Shown here in pieces: positions 26,827 to 32,000 of a DNA stretch of 32,000 nt. The stretch's first letter is position 1, and each line of letters opens with the position of its first letter. This stretch comes from Kiritimatiella glycovorans (GTDB lineage: Bacteria > Verrucomicrobiota > Kiritimatiellia > Kiritimatiellales > Kiritimatiellaceae). The translations under genes and the position numbers were made by a program. The stretch covers positions 360,001 to 392,000 of the forward strand of contig NZ_CP010904.1 of NCBI RefSeq assembly GCF_001017655.1, given 5' to 3'. The notes under the pieces are model-generated. The model did no database searches. It saw only the letters and a program-made list of their open reading frames with translations, and had not been told where the DNA came from.

Positions 26827-29800
26827 ATGACTGATGCGTCCCCGCCGTTCTGCCATCTTCACTTCCACACCGGGTACAGTCTCCTGGACAGCGCGTGCCG
26901 CATCCCGGATGCAATGGAGCGTGCGAGGGAGCTGGGGCAGGAATACCTGGCGATGACGGATCACGGCGTGCTGTACGGGGCGGTGGAGTTCTACCGCGAA
27001 GCGCTGAAAGCGGGAATCAAACCGATCATCGGCTGCGAGGTCTACGTGGCCCGCTGCGGCATGGAGAACTTCACCTCGCAGTCGGACAACATGCACCTGG
27101 TCCTGCTGGCCGAGGACAACGAAGGGTATCGCAACCTCTCGCGACTGGTCTCGCTGGCCTGGTTCAAAGGGTTCCATTACAAGCCGCGGATCGACAAGGA
27201 GCTGCTGGCGAAACACTCCCGCGGGCTGATCGGCCTCTCGGCCTGTCTGAAGGGCGAGGTCACCGAATCGTGCGCCGCCGGGCAGCGCGACAAAGCCTGC
27301 GCCCTGGCGAGGGAATACCGCGAGATTCTAGGTGAGGGCAATTTCTTCCTCGAGATCCAGGACCACGGGATGGAGGAGCAGAAGGCGGCCAATCGCGTGC
27401 TGGCGGAGGTATCGGAAGAGACCGGCATACCGCTGGTCGCCACCAACGACGTGCATTATCTCCGCCGCGAGGATTCCGACGCGCACGATGTGCTGATCTG
27501 CCTGCAGACCAATGCCGCGCTGAGCGATTCGAACCGGATGCGGTACGAGGGGGACCAGTTCTACATGAAAAGCGGCGCGGAGATGGCCGCGCTGTTTCCC
27601 GGGCACGAGGACGCGCTGGCGCGGACGGTCGAGATTGCGCGCCGGTGTAATGTCGAATTCGAGTTCGATCTCCCCGCCGAACGGCTCCACTTCCCGAAGG
27701 CCGAAATCCCCGAGGGGTACAACCAGGAGTCGTACCTGGTGAAATTGGGCGAGGACGGCCTGCGCGAACGCTACGGCATCGAATCGCTCGAATCCCCGCG
27801 GGACGAGCGGGAGGAGGAGATCCGGGATCGGTTTTTCCACGAGGTGGGCGTCATTAAAAAGACCGGGTTTCTCAACTATTTCCTCGTCGTCCAGGATTTC
27901 GTCCAGCATGCGCGCCGCCAGGGCGTACCGGTGGGGCCGGGGCGCGGGTCGGGCGCCGGAAGCCTGGTGGCCTACGCCCTCGGGATTACCGCCGTCGATC
28001 CCCTGCGCTACGGCCTGATCTTCGAGCGCTTTCTCAATCCGGACCGCATATCCCCGCCGGACTTCGATATCGACTTCTGCCAGTACCGGCGGGGGGAGGT
28101 CATCGATTACGTGCGGGATAAATACGGCGACGAGCGCGTGGCGCAGATCATCACCTTCGGCACGCTCGGCGCGAAGACCCTGATCCGCGACGTGGGCCGG
28201 GTGCTGGAGATGCCGCTCTCTGAATGCGACCGACTGGCCAAGATGGTCCCCGAGGGGCCGAAGGTCACACTCGAAAAGGCCTTGAAAGGCAGTCCCGATT
28301 TCCGGCGCGCGGTGGAGAAGGAGGACAGCGCGGCGCGCATCATGAAGTACGCCCGGGTGCTCGAGGGACTCCCGCGCCACCCCGGCACCCACGCGGCGGG
28401 TGTCGTGATCGGCGACCGGCCCCTGATCGATCTCGTCCCGCTCTCGATGGATAAAGAGAAACAGGTCATTACCCAGTTCGAGAAAGATCCTCTCGAAGAC
28501 CTCGGTCTGCTGAAGATGGATTTCCTCGGCCTCAAGACCCTCAGCGTGATCCGCGAGTGTCTCGATTGCGTGCGGGAGAACCGGGGTACGGAGATCGATG
28601 CCGAGAAACTCCCGCTCGACGATCCGGAGACCTACGGGCTGCTGGGCCGCGGCGACACGATCGGCGTATTCCAGGTGGAAAGCGCGGGCATGCGCGATAC
28701 GCTGCGCAAATTCGGCCCCGACCGTATCGAGGATCTCATCGCCATCCTCGCGCTCTACCGCCCCGGTCCGATGCAGTTCATCGACGATTTCATTCAGCGC
28801 AAACACGGACAGGTCCCGGTCCGGTACGACCACGAACTCCTCGAACCGATTCTGCGGGAGACTCACGGGATCATCGTGTACCAGGAGCAGATCCAGCAGG
28901 CCGCCAAGACGCTGGCCGGTTTCTCGCTGGGGCAGGGCGATATCCTGCGGCGCGCCATGGGTAAGAAGAAGGCGGAGGAGATGGCGCGTCAGCGCGACCG
29001 GTTCATCAAGGGCTGCCGGGAGACCCACGGGATCGGCGAAAAACTTGCCGCGCGTATCTTCGACCACATCGAGAAGTTCGCCAGCTACGGGTTCAACAAG
29101 TCGCACAGTACGGCCTACGGTATCGTGGCCTGCCAGACCGCGTATCTCAAAGCGCATTACCCCCCCGAGTTCATGGCCGCGCTCATGTCGAGCGAGATGG
29201 GCAACACGGACAAGCTCCCGGGGATCATCGAGGAGGCCCGCCGGATGGGCATCCCCGTGCTGCCGCCGTCGGTCAACGAGAGCGGAGTGCGCTTCCGCGC
29301 CGTCGGCGACCGCATACGCTTCGGGATGGCGGCGGTGAAGAACGTGGGCGAGGGCATCGTCCGCGCGGTCGTCCGCGAACGGGAGGAACGCGGTCCGTTT
29401 GAAGGGCTGATCGACTTCTGCACGCGCATGGATCCCCACGCCCTGAACCGCAAGAGCCTCGAGTGCCTGATCCGCTGCGGCGCGTTCGACTTCAGCCCGC
29501 TCGACCGCAGCCGCCTCTTCGCCGGGATCGATATGGCGCTGCACCGCGCCGCGGAGCTGCGGCGCGACCGGGAGAGCGGACAGACCTCGATGTTCTCGAT
29601 GATGGAAGGAGAAAAAGAGTCCGAGGCGGGCGACGACGGATTACCGGAGGCGGAGCCGTGGTCGGAACACGCGATGCTCGCCGAGGAGAAGGAGCTGATC
29701 GGATTCTATATCTCGGGCCATCCGCTCACGCAGTACGAGTGGCTGCTCGACCGCTATGCCCTCCACCGGGTCGGAGAACTCGGGAACGGGGTGGAAGGCG

Positions 29801-30372
29801 GTACGCCCACGCGGGTCGGCGGGATGGTCACCGGCCTGCGTAAGGTTTTCACAAAAAAGGATCAGCGCCCGATGGCCCAGTTCCGGCTCGAGGGGCTCGA
29901 CGGCGCCGTGGATGCGGTGATGTTTCCCGACGCTTTCGAGCACTGCGGCGCACTGCTGGCGGAGGACGCGGCGCTGATGGTCGGGGGTATCGTCGGCACC
30001 AACCGGCAGGAGGAACTCCAGCTCGAGGTGCGCGAGGCCTACCCGCTCCCCGAAGTCCCGCGCTGGTTCGCGGAACACGTCAGCCTCCATCTCGCCGACG
30101 GCGCGGTCACGGAAGACCGGCTCGGCCACCTGCGGGAGGTCGCCGCCCGGCACCCCGGACGGACTCCGCTGCAGCTCTGCCTCCAGCATTCCGCCGGGGC
30201 GCATGTCTTCATCGAGGCGGGAGAGCGCTACCGCGTACAGCCCGATGAGCCGCTGTGCCGCGACTTCGAACACCTGCTGGGCGAGGATGCGGTGTACGTG
30301 GCGACGCGCAGCGAAGCCCTCCTGCGCAAGAGCAGCCGGGAGAAGACATGGGGGCGGAACGGCGGGCGATGA
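26827..30372 (+). CDS. dnaE: DNA polymerase III alpha subunit
   Basis: PHP domain FCHLHFHTGYSLLDS, GLIFERFLNPDRISPPDFDIDF, RHPGTHAAGVVI, GLLKMDFLGLKTL and FNKSHSTAYG. 1181 aa; AGGAGA RBS. Confidence 0.95.
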   Translation: MTDASPPFCHLHFHTGYSLLDSACRIPDAMERARELGQEYLAMTDHGVLYGAVEFYREALKAGIKPIIGCEVYVARCGMENFTSQSDNMHLVLLAEDNEGYRNLSRLVSLAWFKGFHYKPRIDKELLAKHSRGLIGLSACLKGEVTESCAAGQRDKACALAREYREILGEGNFFLEIQDHGMEEQKAANRVLAEVSEETGIPLVATNDVHYLRREDSDAHDVLICLQTNAALSDSNRMRYEGDQFYMKSGAEMAALFPGHEDALARTVEIARRCNVEFEFDLPAERLHFPKAEIPEGYNQESYLVKLGEDGLRERYGIESLESPRDEREEEIRDRFFHEVGVIKKTGFLNYFLVVQDFVQHARRQGVPVGPGRGSGAGSLVAYALGITAVDPLRYGLIFERFLNPDRISPPDFDIDFCQYRRGEVIDYVRDKYGDERVAQIITFGTLGAKTLIRDVGRVLEMPLSECDRLAKMVPEGPKVTLEKALKGSPDFRRAVEKEDSAARIMKYARVLEGLPRHPGTHAAGVVIGDRPLIDLVPLSMDKEKQVITQFEKDPLEDLGLLKMDFLGLKTLSVIRECLDCVRENRGTEIDAEKLPLDDPETYGLLGRGDTIGVFQVESAGMRDTLRKFGPDRIEDLIAILALYRPGPMQFIDDFIQRKHGQVPVRYDHELLEPILRETHGIIVYQEQIQQAAKTLAGFSLGQGDILRRAMGKKKAEEMARQRDRFIKGCRETHGIGEKLAARIFDHIEKFASYGFNKSHSTAYGIVACQTAYLKAHYPPEFMAALMSSEMGNTDKLPGIIEEARRMGIPVLPPSVNESGVRFRAVGDRIRFGMAAVKNVGEGIVRAVVREREERGPFEGLIDFCTRMDPHALNRKSLECLIRCGAFDFSPLDRSRLFAGIDMALHRAAELRRDRESGQTSMFSMMEGEKESEAGDDGLPEAEPWSEHAMLAEEKELIGFYISGHPLTQYEWLLDRYALHRVGELGNGVEGGTPTRVGGMVTGLRKVFTKKDQRPMAQFRLEGLDGAVDAVMFPDAFEHCGALLAEDAALMVGGIVGTNRQEELQLEVREAYPLPEVPRWFAEHVSLHLADGAVTEDRLGHLREVAARHPGRTPLQLCLQHSAGAHVFIEAGERYRVQPDEPLCRDFEHLLGEDAVYVATRSEALLRKSSREKTWGRNGGR

Positions 30373-31304
30373 GGGTGTCGGCTAAACACAGGCTCGAGTA
30401 CGCCGCCCTGCGCACCGCGGCCTGCGTGCTGCGCGTGCTCCCGCTGCGCGCCGCCCTGGCCCTCGGCCAGGGTGCCTCCGCGCTCCTGTTCCATGGGTTC
30501 CGCTTCCGGCGCCGGGAGGCCGAAGCCCGGATACGCGAAGTCTTCGGCCCCGAACTCCCCCCCCGGCGCGTCCGCGCCATCGCACGGCGGTCGATGCGGA
30601 ATCTGTGTTTCAACGCCGTGGAAATGATGCGCACCACGCCGCGGCGCGCCGCGGCCCTCGGCCGGCAGACCGCGTATCGCGGGATGAGGGACTTTTACCG
30701 TCGCCACCGCGAACGGCACGGAGACGGAGGATTCATCCTCGCCACGCCGCACATGGGGAACTGGGAACAGGCCGGACTCGCGGCCCGCGCGGCCGGCGTG
30801 CCCGTCTTCTTTATCGCGCGCCGGCAGAAGAACCCGCTCGTCAACCGGTGGATCAACCGGCTGCGGGCCGCGTCGGACGGCGAAGTGATCTCGAACGACG
30901 CCCACCTCCTGCGCGGCGTCGCGCGCCGGCTCAAGAAAGGGGGCGTACTCGCCATCCTCCCCGACGTGCGCGTCCGCCGGAGCGGGTTCGAGGTCGCCTT
31001 CCTCGGCGCGCGAACGGAGGTGGGCGCCGGCACGGCCCTCTTTGCCCGGACCGCCCGGGTCCCCGTCTATCCGGTGGTCATGCAGCGGACGGGATGGACC
31101 GGGCACACGTGGCAGGCCTTCGATCCGATCTTTCCCGACCCCGCCGCCGGAAAAGACGCCGACTTCCGGAGGATCATGACCGAGGTCATGGCCGTCTTCG
31201 ATGCCGCCGTACGCGAGCATCCGGAGCAGTACTTCTGGTACAATAAACGGTGGGTCGCCGGCCGGAAAGCGGACCCGAGTCCGGCTGAAGAAGAGTCCGG
31301 ATGA
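30369..31304 (+). CDS. Lipid A biosynthesis (Kdo2-lipid IVA) acyltransferase family protein, LpxL/HtrB-like
   Basis: HMGNWE acyltransferase motif, LAILPD, and C-terminal EHPEQYFWYNKRW. ATG 30369 overlaps the dnaE TGA (ATGA); the track start at 30255 lies inside dnaE. Confidence 0.8.
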   Translation: MRVSAKHRLEYAALRTAACVLRVLPLRAALALGQGASALLFHGFRFRRREAEARIREVFGPELPPRRVRAIARRSMRNLCFNAVEMMRTTPRRAAALGRQTAYRGMRDFYRRHRERHGDGGFILATPHMGNWEQAGLAARAAGVPVFFIARRQKNPLVNRWINRLRAASDGEVISNDAHLLRGVARRLKKGGVLAILPDVRVRRSGFEVAFLGARTEVGAGTALFARTARVPVYPVVMQRTGWTGHTWQAFDPIFPDPAAGKDADFRRIMTEVMAVFDAAVREHPEQYFWYNKRWVAGRKADPSPAEEESG

Positions 31305-31393
31305 TCTTTTTCCGGTTCTCCGCTTGCCCGCCGGAATTCCTTCCCTAGAATGTAGCGGAACCTCATGCAGGAACCCCTTTTTCGGGACGGTAC

Positions 31394-32000
31394 ATGAAAA
31401 AATATTACATCCTCGACACCAACGTTTTACTCCACGATCCCTCCGCCATAACGCATTTTGAGGACAACGACGTCCTGATCCCGCTGAAGGTCATCGAGGA
31501 GATCGACAAATTCAAGCGGGAGATCAGCGAGCGCGGGCGCAACGCCCGCCAGGTGGCGCGCAAGCTCGATGAACTGCGGCGCATCGGCCGGCTCTCCGAC
31601 GAACGGGGCGTCGAACTGCCCGGCGGCGGCCGGTTGCGGGTGTGCTTCCCGCGCAACAGCGATCCGCTCGATGCCGGAAAGCCGGCGGACGATATCATTC
31701 TGCGCACGGCACGCGAGACGCGGGCGATGTATCAGGAGACGCCCGTGATCATGGTCAGTAAGGACATCAATCTGCGCCTGAAGGCCGACGCGCTCGGGCT
31801 CCAGGCCGAGGACTACGAGAACGGGCACACCACCGACAACCTCTCGGAACTCTATTCCGGCCGGACAGCGGTCGACGTCGACGAGGCCGCGCTTGAACGC
31901 TTCCGCGAGGAGCGGCGGATCGAGCCGCCGCCGGGCTGCGATCTGTTCGCCAACCAGTACGTGACGCTGCGCAACCGCAAAGACGCCGGCGAGACGGTCG
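31394..32000 (+). CDS. PIN-domain N-terminus of a PhoH-like ATPase (YlaK type); 3' end beyond the window
   Basis: Hand translation from ATG 31394: MKKYYILDTNVLLHDPSAITHFEDNDVLIPLKVIEEIDKFKRE...PVIMVSKDINLRLKADALGLQAEDYE. The frame is open to the window end. It is missing from the ORF track because it is truncated. Confidence 0.85.
   Translation, partial: MKKYYILDTNVLLHDPSAITHFEDNDVLIPLKVIEEIDKFKREISERGRNARQVARKLDELRRIGRLSDERGVELPGGGRLRVCFPRNSDPLDAGKPADDIILRTARETRAMYQETPVIMVSKDINLRLKADALGLQAEDYENGHTTDNLSELYSGRTAVDVDEAALERFREERRIEPPPGCDLFANQYVTLRNRKDAGETV

Noticed and set aside
21723-29544. 478-aa (-) ORF antisense to tsf/asd, 301-aa (-) ORF antisense to the antiporter, and 738-aa (-) ORF antisense to dnaE
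   Set aside because: They are shadow ORFs opposite strongly supported housekeeping genes.
31394-32000. PIN domain as a VapC-type toxin of a toxin-antitoxin pair
   Set aside because: The sequence matches the N-terminal PIN of PhoH-like (YlaK-type) ATPases, the ORF continues past the window edge, and no small antitoxin gene precedes it.

Overview
GC-rich chromosomal segment (no integrase, transposase, cas or phage genes seen). The gene content (Tat-signal sulfatase, single-polypeptide PFOR, ThyX, corrinoid proteins) suggests an anaerobic, glycan-degrading bacterium, possibly PVC-superphylum-like; this lineage call is inference only. The left half (1-13.8 kb) looks accessory or metabolic. It holds a partial sulfatase and an unusual sugar-type ABC importer: a solute-binding protein fused to a MalF/UgpA-like permease, plus a MalG-like permease with a roughly 300-aa extracytoplasmic insert and no ATPase gene. 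It also holds two AraC-family regulators, a corrinoid (B12-binding) protein, guanine deaminase, a URO-D/MtaA-family methyltransferase-like protein, a secreted alpha/beta hydrolase, thyX and a stand-alone homocysteine S-methyltransferase domain protein. The right half is housekeeping: DHOD-like flavoprotein + nifJ, thiD, a Zn-ribbon protein, ftsB, rpsB-tsf-asd, a small lipoprotein, hup, ptsN-like EIIA + CPA2 antiporter, dnaE, an lpxL-like acyltransferase and a partial PIN-PhoH gene. The most striking non-genic feature is a perfect-period array of 11 head-to-tail copies of a 41-bp hairpin unit (11557-12007) between the second araC-like gene and thyX. An inverted, diverged unit with compensatory stem substitutions caps it. 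It is not a CRISPR, because it has no spacers. Most long ORFs in the six-frame track that lie antisense or out of frame to these genes are high-GC artefacts. Two edge-truncated genes missing from the track (sulfatase at 1-1029 minus, PIN-PhoH at 31394-32000 plus) were recovered by hand translation.
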